Positions 52,003 to 64,000 of a stretch of DNA of 64,000 bases are shown piece after piece (position 1 is the first letter of the stretch; the number at the start of each line of letters is the position of its first letter). Made by a program: the position numbers and the translations under genes. Below the pieces are notes generated by a model. That model did no database searches. It saw only the letters and a list, made by a program, of their open reading frames with translations, and was not told the origin of the DNA. The stretch lies in assembly GCF_009914755.1 (NCBI RefSeq), contig NC_060928.1. One strand, 5' to 3'. Origin of the DNA: the human T2T-CHM13v2.0 reference genome, Homo sapiens.

Positions 52003-52946
52003 AAACACATATGCACACCATGCACATATGCACATGTGGGCCCACACACGCATGTGTGCACATACATGTACAAATCCACCCAATGCACATACACATGCAT
52101 ACATTCACATACACCCTCACACTTGTGCACACTCATGCACACAATACACGTGTGTGCACATTCACATGCACACCCACACATTCCACACGTGTGCACACAT
52201 GCACGTACATTCATACACATGCACGTACATTCATACACATGCACGTACATTCATACACATGCACACTCCACACACTTGCACACAGATCCATGCACACACA
52301 CAGACGCATGCACACGTACGTTCATGTACATGCACACTCCATGCCAGTGCACACACATTCATAAACACAGGTGCGGGCACACATGCATGTGCACACACAT
52401 TCATACACACATGCGCAGGCACACACATTCACACACACAGGTGCAGGCACACACATTCATACACACATGTGCAGGCACACACATTCACACACAGGTGCAG
52501 GCACACACATTCATACACACATGTGCACACACATTCATACAGGTGCAGGTACACACATACATGCACACATGTGCACACATATTCATACACACAGGGGTAG
52601 GCACACATATTCATGCACACGTGCACACACATACATGTGCAGGCACACACATTCAGACACACAAGTGTGCACACATTCATACACACAGGTGCAGGCACAC
52701 ACATTCATATACGCATGTGCACACATTCATACACACAGGTGCAGGCACATACATTCATACACACGTGCAGACACATTCATACAGGTGCAGGCACACACAT
52801 TCATACACACATGTGCACATTCATACACATGTGCACACACATTCATACAGGTCCAGGTACACGCATTCATGCACACATGTGCACACACATTCATACACAC
52901 AGGTGCAGGCGCACACATGTTCCGCCACACATGCGTTCACACATAC
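52003..52946. repeat. Long CA-rich compound tandem repeat
   Basis: About 940 bp of alternating purine/pyrimidine sequence; three perfect ACACATGCACGTACATTCAT units near 52195-52254, then many acacacaggtgcaggcacacacattcat-like units. Confidence 0.96.
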
Positions 52947-53119
52947 AGCGCCAGCCTTCATATGGTTCAGGCAATCATGCGCCATACCCAGCTGCTCTCC
53001 AGGTTTCCATCTCCGGAAATGCAGGAGCCGGGGCAGTGTGTGGGGGCCGGTGTCCCATTTGGCTTCGCTCTCCCCTCCACCTGCATGAGTTGGGGAAATG
53101 CCCGTTTTCAAAGGACATG

Positions 53120-53520
53120 TCGATGGCCCTGCGGCTCTGCCTCCACGGGGCCGTGGCCCAGCACCTCCGCAGCGAGGCCTAGGCAGCAGCTGTGCTGCAA
53201 ACACCACCCTGGCTGTGCTCAGAGGCGGCCGGCCGCCCCGAGAAACCCTCCATGATGTGACGCGACCAGACAGGCGCAAGGAACAGGCCCCGCAGTCATG
53301 TAAAATGCAGGAGCGCTCCCATCCCAGACGCTGGCTGACCAAGCAGCAGCGCAGCAGTAAGCGCATCCCAGTCCCCGTTTGGGGGCAATTTAACCCGGGC
53401 CCTTGCGTAACAACAGCCTCATTATTCGGAGGAAGCCGGAGGCTCAGGCGTGTTCTTTGAATGGCATAGCCCTTGTAGGGGGTGCGCGAAATCATCTGGG
53501 GTGACGCCACGTGGCCTCCC
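53120..53520. promoter_or_regulatory. CpG-rich patch with promoter/enhancer-type motifs
   Basis: Locally many CpGs; GGCGGCCGGCCGCC (53224-53237), TTGCGTAA (53403-53410), GCGCGAAA (53484-53491), TGACG (53502-53506), GCCACGTGGC (53506-53515). Confidence 0.4.
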
Positions 53521-56006
53521 AGAGCTAGCCCAGCCCACTACCCAGATGGAAGCTTCCAGATGAGTCAGTCCGTGGGAAGAGAACAGGAGTTTGTTCAGCA
53601 AGCTCCAAAGCCTCGGGCAGCCTGGGGGATGATTGACCTGGAGTAAAATCGTGCATCCTTAAACTGGCAAGCCTTGGGCTGCCCGACAGATTCCACGTAC
53701 GGGTCACCTCCCCGAGACAGATTAAGCTCCATGGTACCCCTCTGCCCAGGCGGGGGGTGGGACGGCCCAGCCCTGCTCCTGGATGTGCTGTTGCCTCCCA
53801 CATGGTGTGGCAAAGGAGAAGGTAGGAAACGCCAAGGCATTGGGGCCAGGCTGGCAGGCTTGAGATGTGGCTGGTGCTGAGGCCCTTAGGGTGAATGCCT
53901 AAACCTCTCTGCACCTTGGTTCCTGTGCCCCAAAAGTGGTCATAATAAGGGAGACCGCCATGCAGGCCCTGTGTGGGAGGCTCTCACAAGGACAGGGCTG
54001 AGCCTCTGGACGTCAGCGTTGCTCTCTGGGCACTGGGCAGGGGCTGCGGCACCGTCCCGGGCACTGCCATGAGCAGGCAGCAGGGCCCTCGGAGCCAAGC
54101 CCACACCTGCTCAGAGAGGAGACTGAGCACACTCACTGGGAATTTGCGATGGCACGTTGGTAAGAAGAGTTCAGCAGGAATGGCAGGCAAATTGGTGAAG
54201 GCATGCAGGCTGGCAGGACGGGGTAGACTCCTGCGGCTGCAGAATTTGGAGGATTCCCCATCATCTACTGGCTCTGTCTCACAAACCCCGCCGGATGCTC
54301 ACAGAAAAGTCTGGAAAAATCCCCAAGTTTTGTCCACTGTGGTGGACCTCGGAGAGGGGTTGAGCAGCCGCATGGAACTGGTGTGAAATTCCAGCCAGGC
54401 CCTTCTCCCCACTGTCCATCAAGGTACAAGAGCCTAAACCTGAGCAGGACATCAGTGAAAACGCATTGCAGCTAAAGGAGACTGGGGAAAGAGGACTTTA
54501 CTCTTCAGGGAGGGTGACAGGATTGAGGACTGAGCCCACAACCATGGCTAGAAAAAGAGCAGAAGATCCGAGAAGGCCACAATCCCAAGAACCAGGGCCA
54601 CAGTAAACCTAAGACTAAGGCTTATCCAGAGCCTCGGCAAGCGCACTCACCTCCACCTCCTGCCACCAAGCTAATAAGATCTGCAACACCAGAAACAGCA
54701 GAACGGTGCCGAGAAAGGGAGAGGAGAAGGGAACCAGCATAGGAAATCTCTCTGAAGCACAGTGCAAAAGGAAAACCTAGAATTCAGAGTCATACGTTGC
54801 TAAACACAGACTATCTATGCAGCTGCTTGAAGCAGTTAGAGTGATCACAGTAACACATCTCAAACCTAGCCCAGCTCCTAACTAGATTAACTTAAACCTC
54901 CTACAAAGGGTCCAGTAGGAGGAAGTTGTGCCCGTATAAGATGCCTGGCTTTTAACACAAAATTCTGATGCATACAAAAAGACAAGGGAAAAAAAATCAC
55001 ACTCATAAGAGATAAAGAATACACATGTTGGAAATACTGGGCAGGAAATTTTAATAACTATGATTACTCTGTTGAAGGCTGTAATGAAGAAAGGGGACAG
55101 TGCATGATCAGATGGGTTATTTCAACGGAGAGATGGAAACTGTAAGGGAGAATCAAATGGAAACGCTAGAAATGAGAAACACAGAGACAGAGAGGAAGAG
55201 TGCCCTTGATGGGCTCATCAGTAGATGCTACACAGCTGAGAAAGAATCACTGACCTTAAAGACGAGTCAAAAACAATTACCCAAACTGGAAAAAAGAGAA
55301 AAAAGAATGAGCATCACATGGACTAGAACATCCAAGAGCTAGGAGACTATATCAAACTCCTAACATACGCATACCTGGAATCCTAGAAGTAGAAGAGGGA
55401 GAATGAGCAGAAGAAGTATTTAAAGAAATAATGACCAGAAATTTACTGAAATGAACAACAGACACCAGAAGACAGATCCAAGAAGCTCAGAGAACACCAG
55501 CTAGCATACACACCAAAACGAAAGCAAACAAAGAACCACACATAGGCATGTTATATGCCAGCTCTGGAAACCAAAGACAAAAAGATAACACTGAAGCGAG
55601 CCAGACCAGGGCAGGGTGGGGGGCAAGCATTATGGAAGAGTAAACGCGCAATTTGCAACAGAGTTCTCATCAGAAATCATGCAAAACAGAAAACAATGGA
55701 GTGAATCTTTAAAGTGCTGGAGGACAAAAAAAACCAGTTAACTCCGAGAAAAATATCTTCGCAAAAATGAAGGAGACATAATAAATTTCTCAAAGAAACA
55801 AAAATGGAGAAAATGCATTTCCAGCAGACCTACTCTAAAGAGAATGCTGAAGAAGTTCTTCAGGTGGAAGGACTAGGATAGTAACTGAAACTTAGCTCTA
55901 CACAAAGAAATGAAGAGCGCTAGAAATGGAATAAATGAAGGTAAAATTAAATTTATTTTTTTCTAGTTTCTAATTGCTCTAAAAAAAAAAAAAAACATTT
56001 AAAACA

Positions 56007-56398
<392 letters not shown>

Positions 56399-57882
56399 TT
56401 AAAGTCCTTATACTACATACAAGGTGGTACAATATTATTTGAAGGTAGATTCTGATTAGTTAAAGATGTACATTTGAGGCAAAGGTCAACCACTAAAAGG
56501 TTTTCGAAGAGGTATAAATAATAAGTCAGTAGAGGAGATAAAATGGAATCATAAAAATTGCTCAGTTGACGAAAGAGAAGGCCAAAAAAATGGGAAAAAA
56601 GAAACGAAGAAAAAATAGAATAGAAAATGGTAAGTAAAATGATGGATTTTAATCAAACCATATCCATAATCACATTACTTATGAATTGTATAAACATACC
56701 AAATAAAAGGCAGAGATTGTCAGATGTGATTGTTTCGATTGCGTGCTGTACATACGAAACCTGCTTGAAATATAAAGATATAATAAATGTGTTACAAAAA
56801 GTGAAGGAAAAGAAAATACAGATCATGCAAACACTAAGCAAAAGAAAACTGGAGTAACTATATTAATATCAGACAAGGTAGACTTTAGAGAAAGGAATAC
56901 TGTCAAAGATAAAGAGAAACATTACATAACGATGAAGGAGTCAATTCTCCAAGAATATAACAATCTTAAATGTGTATGCAACTAGCAACAGATTCAAAAT
57001 ACAGGAGTCAAAAACTGATGGAACTGGAATGAGAAATGGATGAATCCACACAATTATAGTTGGAGATGTCAACTCTGTCTCAGGAATGGACAGAAAAGTA
57101 AACAGATAATCAGTAAGAACAAAGACTTGAACAACACTATTAGGCCTAATTGGCATATACAGACTCCACCCAATAACAGGAGATTGCATCTGGACCATAA
57201 AACAAATTTCAGCAAATCTAAAAGAATATAAACCTTTTAATCTTTAACCATAACAGTAAACTACAAATCAATAACAGAAAGGTAGAAGAAAAAAACACTT
57301 ATAAACTAAACAATGCACTTATAATAACCCATAGATAAAAGAGCAAGTGTCAAGAACAATTTAAAAATATTTTAAAGTGATATTAAAATGAAAATAAAAT
57401 ATGCCAACATTTGACGGATACAGTTAAAGCAGTGCTTAGAGGAAAAAAGAAAACTTCAGTCCCAGCTGATTTTGCTGGAGAATTCTACCAAATGTTTAAG
57501 AAAGAGACAGTATCAATTCAACACAATCTCTCCCAGAAAATAAAATAGGAAAAACATTTCCCAATTCATAATTCCAGCAATACCCCAATATCAATCCACA
57601 CAAATACACTGCAAGAGAGAGAAAATTACAGACCAATATTTCACATGAATAAAGTGTGCAAACTCTCAATACAGTATTAGCACGATCATGTTTTATCCCA
57701 GAAATACAAAGGAGGTTACAAAATTTTAATTTAACCTGATACATCATATTAATATACTACAGAAGAAAAGCCATGTAATTATCTCAGTAAATGAAGGAAA
57801 AGTAATTGATAAAATTCAAAATCTATTGATGACGAAAAAAATTCCCAACAAACTGTAAGTAATAGGGAGCTTCTTGATGTGA

Positions 57883-58212
<330 letters not shown>

Positions 58213-58993
58213 TGATAAAAGAAATCAAACAAGAACTAAATAATGAGTGAGATTTATAGCAAGAAAGACTGAGAATTGTTAAGATGTCACTTCTGTACAA
58301 TTTCATTTATAGGTTTAATGCAATGCCAGCAGGCTTGTTTTTTGGATAACACACGTTGAATCAAAACTGTCTATGGAAAAGCAAATTAACTAATAGAGCC
58401 TCCACTAGAAGTTTGTAAAAGGAGAACAAAGTTGGAGAACTCACACCACCTAATTTAGAGACCTGCTGCAAAGCTATAGTAATCAAAACAGTGTGGTCTT
58501 AGTGTGAGGACAGACATACAGGTCATCAGAACAGAATAAAGCCCACAGATAGATCCAGGGAAATACTGTCACATGTTTTTTGACAGAGGGGCAAAAGAAA
58601 TTGAATAGAAAAACATGGCAATTTTTTCAACAAATATGCTGAGGAAATTGTGCATTCATGTGAAATTAAATAGCTTAGTCTTTAACCCTTATAACAAAAT
58701 CAAATCAAATTGGAACATTTGTAAAATGTATAAAACTTTAAAACTTCTAGTAGAAAACATAGGAGAAAAGTCAGTGTGGCCATGAATTGGGCAGAGTGCC
58801 TAGAGAAGACCAAATAACATCATGCACCAAAGAACAGCGCTGATAAGTTCAACCTTATCCAAATCTGGAACTTCTAGGTAAACAAGTTAAAAAAAAAAAA
58901 AACTATTAAGAGCATGAAAAAACAAGCCACAGGCCGAGAGACTATGTTTTCAAATCACATTTCTGACAAAACACAATATCCAGAATATATATA

Positions 58994-59371
58994 CAGCAGT
59001 CCTCCCACCTTCTTATCTGAGGAGGATACATGCAAAGACCCCCAGTGGATGCCTGAAATTACGGACAGTGATTTCACGGACGGTGATATACACTATGCTT
59101 TTCCTCTACATATGTATCTATGATATAGATTAATCTGTAAATTAGGGACAGACAGAGATTAACAACAGTAAGTAGTAATAAAATAGAGCAATTATGACAA
59201 TATGATGTAATAAAAATTATGTGAATGTGGTCTCTCTCTTTCCCCCCTTTCCTCTACCCTCCACCCCTCTCTCCCTGTCTCCTCTCTCTCTTTCTAAATA
59301 TCTCACTGTATTATATACCATGGGCAACTGAGACCACAGAAAGCAAAACCGCAGATAACGGGAGACTACTG
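58994..59371 (-). mobile_element. MER44/Tigger7-family DNA transposon
   Basis: TIRs cagcagtcc...ttatc and gcagataacgggagactactg, with TA on both sides; internal aagacccccagtggatgcctgaaa. Confidence 0.85.
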
Positions 59372-59872
59372 TAATTTTTTTTAAAAGCTCTCAAAGGTCA
59401 AAATGAAGACAACAAACAGAGCTTTTTAAAAGGGGGAAAGATTTACACCAACAAGTCATTGAAAAGGACGTACAGATAACAAATAAGCATGTGAAAAAGT
59501 GCAGGAGAAAAAGAACAAGGTGAGCTTAGAACATCTTAGGGTGCTAGAAGGTAGAGAATCGGTCTGAAAAAAGAGATGGGCACATGTTAAAGCACAGGAG
59601 CGCTGGAACAATTTAAGCATCAAAATAGACAAAATACTGGATTTGAACCCAAATAATAAAATAAACAACCCGAGTCCATACTGATATCATGAATAATGAA
59701 CTAAATAAATAAACGAAGTAATAGATGGAGAAGGGACCATTTTTTCTTCCAGGAGAATTCCAAATAGGAGCTATAGAAAGAATTAGGAAAATAGACCATC
59801 ACCATTAGCACATCGCAGTCGTAACTACTACAGGGAGGTCCACTGCTGAATGCCAAGATTAGTAGGCAGAAG

Positions 59873-60245
59873 TGTTACTGGTGGAGGGTTTTGACTACAG
59901 GTTGTCCAGGTTCTTGGCTTGTTGAACAAAGAATTGGACAAACGACACCAACAAAACAATGACGGAACAAAGCCACAAAAGCACAGATTTATTGAAGCGA
60001 AAGCATACTCCACAGGGTGAAAGCGGACTCCAGCAAGTGGCTCAAGAACCCAGTAGCAAAATCTTCTGGGGTTTAAGTACCCTGTAGAGGTTTCCTATTG
60101 GTTACACCCTATGTAAATGAAGACTTGGCCTTTGACCAATCAGCGGCTGAAATGAAGTTACACCCTATGCAACTAAACTTGGCCCACAACCAATTAGAGG
60201 CTGAAGTGAAGGCTCCCTGTTTTCAGACCCTATTTTCCTGCCTCA
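59873..60245 (-). mobile_element. MER51A-like ERV1 solo LTR
   Basis: tgttactggtggaggg...tccaggttcttggc...aacaaagaattggacaaa...cagaccctattttcctgcctca; 4-bp TSD GAAG (59869-59872, 60246-60249). Confidence 0.88.
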
Positions 60246-60397
60246 GAAGTTTCAGGAGGAGCAGGACGCTTGCACAGCATCAAAGTATCTCTTCCAAAAT
60301 TTTAGGAGTGACAAAGGAAAAACAGCTAACTGTGCAGAGGAGAAACCTGGCGGCCACCACCTTACTCAAGAATCACAGCGAGTATCACCAGTGATAA

Positions 60398-61102
60398 TGA
60401 GGTAGGAGGTGGGGCTTGGACGCCGGACCAAATTGAGGACTAGCTAAAACAGGACAGGGAAGCAAGCCACTTTCCATAAGACACGCCCACCAGTGCCATG
60501 TCAATTTATCATTGCCATGGCAACACCCGGAAGTTACCACCCCCTTCCATGGCAGCAACCTAAGGACCAGGAAGTTAACACCCTTTTCCTAGAATACTCT
60601 GCATAATTCACCCTTTAATTTGCATATAATTAAAGCTGGTTATAAATATGAGCGCAGGGCCGGGCACCGTGGCTCATGCCTGTAATCCCAGGACTTTGGG
60701 AGGCCAAGGCGGGTGGATCGCCTGAGGGCGGGAGTTTGAGACCAGCCTGGCCAACACGGTGAGACACCACCTCTACTAAAGATACAAAAATTAGCCGGGC
60801 GTGGTGGCGCCTGTAATCCCAGCTGCTTGGGAGGCTGAGGCAGGAGAATCACTTGAACTCGGGAGGCAGAGGTTGCAGTGAGCTGAGATCACGCAGATCT
60901 GCCTCTGAGCTGCTGCTCTGGGCACACTGCCTGTGGGGTAGCCCTGCTCTGCAAAGGAGCAGTACTTCTGCTGCAGTACTTCTGCTCCTGTTTCGAAAAC
61001 TAACTGCTAAAACCACCGGCTTGCCCTTTAATTCTTTCCTGGGTGAAGCTAAGGACCTTCCTGGGCCGAACCCCAATTTCGGGGCTCACCTGCCTTGCAT
61101 CA
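60398..61102 (+). mobile_element. MER66-like ERV1 solo LTR, interrupted by Alu
   Basis: tgaggtaggagg...ccggaccaaattgaggactagctaaaacagg...ttgccatggcaacacccggaagtt...ccccaatttcggggctcacctgccttgcatca. Confidence 0.85.
60658..60894 (+). mobile_element. AluS, 3'-deleted (no tail)
   Basis: ggccgggcaccgtggctc...gcagtgagctgagatcacgc runs directly back into LTR sequence. Confidence 0.93.
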
Positions 61103-61333
61103 TCAAGACACATGGGATGGCCCCTGATGTAGGGTACATCTCTAATGCAGCTCTTCCCAGTAGTTCAAGGCGTCAGTGTTACCATGAGAAAACATCAGTC
61201 AAACCCAAGCTGAGAAATTGTCTACAAAATAACTTCCAAGTCTTTTCATAAAAGACAAGGAAAGATTGAAGAACCGTCAGAGGTTGCAGGAGATGGAGGA
61301 GACTCAAAAGCTACATGCGTTGTGGAATCATTT

Positions 61334-61640
<307 letters not shown>

Positions 61641-61909
61641 TCAATTTTTGAACAAAAAAGAACTTTAGTGGAAAAACTGTTGAAATCTCTACTTTAATCA
61701 TAGCAATGTATCAATGTTAATTTCTTAGTATGATCATTATACTATGGCTACATAAGATGTTAATGTTAGGGGAAACTGGATGAAAGGTGTCCAGGAAATA
61801 CCTGTAGTATTCTCACAACTCTTCTGTAAATCTAAAATTATCTCCATGCAAAAGGTTAAGAGTAGGAAGTGACTGAGAAAAATAAAGGTGAGGTACACAT
61901 ACTACCCAA

Positions 61910-62223
<314 letters not shown>

Positions 62224-62572
62224 CACACTACCTAATTTTATAGTAAGTAGCTACTATAAAGCTACACAATCAAATCAGTGTGGCCCAGAGTAGAAGGTCC
62301 AGGAAGACAGCCACTCTCACATATGACCAACTGATTTTTGACAACGGTGCAAAGGCAATTCAATAGGAAAGGATTGTCTTTTCAACATATGGTGCTGGAA
62401 CAATTAGACAAGACATGAAAAACCAGGGGCTGCCACCACACCTCACACCTCATACAAAATTAACTCGAATAGATGACATACCTAAATGTAAAACGTAAAA
62501 CTATAAAACTTTTAGAGAGAGATAATTGGGACATTGAGTTAAGTGAACTTTTCTTATATACACCCACTGAAG

Positions 62573-62907
62573 CAGGGGTCCCCAACCCCCTAGGCCACAG
62601 AGCAGTACCTTTTCATGGCCTGTTAGGAGCCAGGCCGCACAGCAGGAGGTGAGTGGTGGGCCAGCGAGCATTACGTCCTGAGCTCCACCTCCTGTCAGAC
62701 CAGCGGCTGCATGAGATTCTCTTAGGTGTGAGAACCCCGTTGTGAACCACGCATGTGAGGGATCCAGGTTGTGCACTCCTTATGAGAATCTAACTAATGC
62801 CTGATGATCTGAGGTGCAACAGTTTCATCCAGAAACCATCCTCCTACCCTGGAAAAATGGTCTTCCCTGAAACTGGTCCCTGCTGCCAAAAAGGTTGAGG
62901 ACGGCTG
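62573..62907 (+). mobile_element. MER1B (hAT-Charlie) DNA transposon
   Basis: caggggtccccaacccc...ccaaaaaggttgaggacggctg; 8-bp near-TSD CACTGAAG / CACTAAAG. Confidence 0.93.
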
Positions 62908-63075
62908 CACTAAAGCAGGATCCATAATAGAAAACAATGATACATTTAATTTATTAAAGTTTACCTGGCAAAAGGACATTGTTATAGAGAACAAAAAGAC
63001 AAACCACAGGCTAGGAGAAAATATTTATAAACCACAAATCTGTAAAAGGACTTGTATCCAGAATATATAGAGAAC

Positions 63076-63368
63076 TTTTTTTTTTTTTAAACAGGGTCTC
63101 ACTCTGTCTCCCAGGCTGAAGTGCAGAGGAGTGATCATGGCTCACTGCAACCTTGACCTCCTGGGCTCCAAGGATCCTCCTGCCTTAACCTCCTGAGTAT
63201 CTGGGACTACAGGTGGGCACCACTATGCCTGGCTAATTTTTGTATTTTTTGTAGAGACAGGGTTTCACCACGTTGCCCAGGCTGGTCATGAACTCCTGGC
63301 CTCAAGCAATCCCCCCGTCTTGGCCTCCCAAAGTGCTGGGATTACAGGCGTGAGCCACCGCACCTGCC
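63076..63368 (-). mobile_element. AluJ-like
   Basis: acagggtctcactctgtc...gtgatcatggctcactgcaaccttgacctcctgggctc; near-TSD ATAGAGAACT / ATAAAGAACT. Confidence 0.93.
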
Positions 63369-63494
63369 ATAAAGAACTCTTAAAGCCCAATAATAAGCGT
63401 ATTATTAATTCAATAATAAAATGGGCAAAAAGTTTGAACAGACACTTCACCAATGAAGATATAAGCACATGGCAAATAAGTACTTGAAATAAGC

Positions 63495-63793
63495 TGGGGT
63501 GGATGCGGTGAACGGGGGACCCTTCTACACTGCTGGTGGGAATGTAAACTAGTATACCCACTATGGAAAACAGTGTGGCGATTCCTTAAAGAACTAAAAA
63601 TGGAAATACCATTTGATCCAGCCACCCTACTACTGGGCATCTACCCAGAGGAAAAAAAGTCACTGTACAAAAAAGATACTTGCCCATGTATGTTTATAGC
63701 AGCATAATTCGCAATTGCAAAATTGTGGAAACAACTCAAATGCCCATCAATCAACGAGTGGATAAAGAAACTGTGGCATATATATATATATAG

Positions 63794-63832
<39 letters not shown>

Positions 63833-64000
63833 GGAATACTGCTCAGCATAAAAAGGAATACATTAATGGCCTTCGAAGCGACCTGGATGAGATTGGAGAC
63901 TATTATTCTAAGTCAAGTAACTCAGGAATGGAAAACCAAACATCGTATATTCTCACTCTAAGTGGGAGCTAAGCTATGAGGATGCGAAGGCATAAGAATG
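63495..64000 (+). mobile_element. L1PB1-like 3' ORF2 end (runs off window)
   Basis: ctgctggtgggaatgtaaactagta...cacccagaggaaaa-like, gacctggatgagattggagactattattctaagt...ctcaggaatggaaaaccaaacatcgt...gctaagctatgaggatgc. Confidence 0.9.
63778..63830. repeat. (TA)n(CA)n microsatellite
   Basis: atatatatatatatagatacacacaca...caca within the L1PB fragment. Confidence 0.97.

Noticed and set aside
51938-53255. Longest ORFs in the window (373, 294 and 220 aa, His/Thr-rich)
   Set aside because: They are translations of the CA-rich tandem repeat, which lacks stop codons in several frames; no domain or gene context.

Overview
Primate (very probably human or other hominoid) non-coding DNA, either a gene desert or the interior of a large intron. 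I find no credible protein-coding exon, tRNA/rRNA gene or CRISPR array, and the ORFs I examined are explained by GC-rich codon statistics, simple repeats or decayed transposons. GC-rich blocks (about 1-17.5 kb and 28.8-54.2 kb) carry unique sequence, MaLR solo LTRs, MIR/L2 remnants and hAT/Tigger elements. AT-rich blocks (about 17.5-28.6 kb and 54.2-64 kb) are mostly old L1/HAL1 fragments with nested Alus, DNA transposons and ERV1 LTRs, many with readable target-site duplications. I see no evidence of a wholly new biological system. The strongest leads are several non-repetitive islands with transcription-factor motif grammar: PBX-HOX plus TCF sites (5.8-6.6, 26.2, 28.2 kb), a four-half-site DR1 nuclear-receptor array (7.3 kb), paired SMAD palindromes (42 kb), three K50-homeodomain sites (50.7 kb) and a CpG-rich E2F/E-box patch (53.2-53.5 kb). 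There are also repair scars: a fold-back hairpin in L1 at 21.4 kb and tail-less Alus. Repeat subfamily names come from recalled consensus sequences and need RepeatMasker/Dfam confirmation. Regulatory calls are motif-based inferences only.
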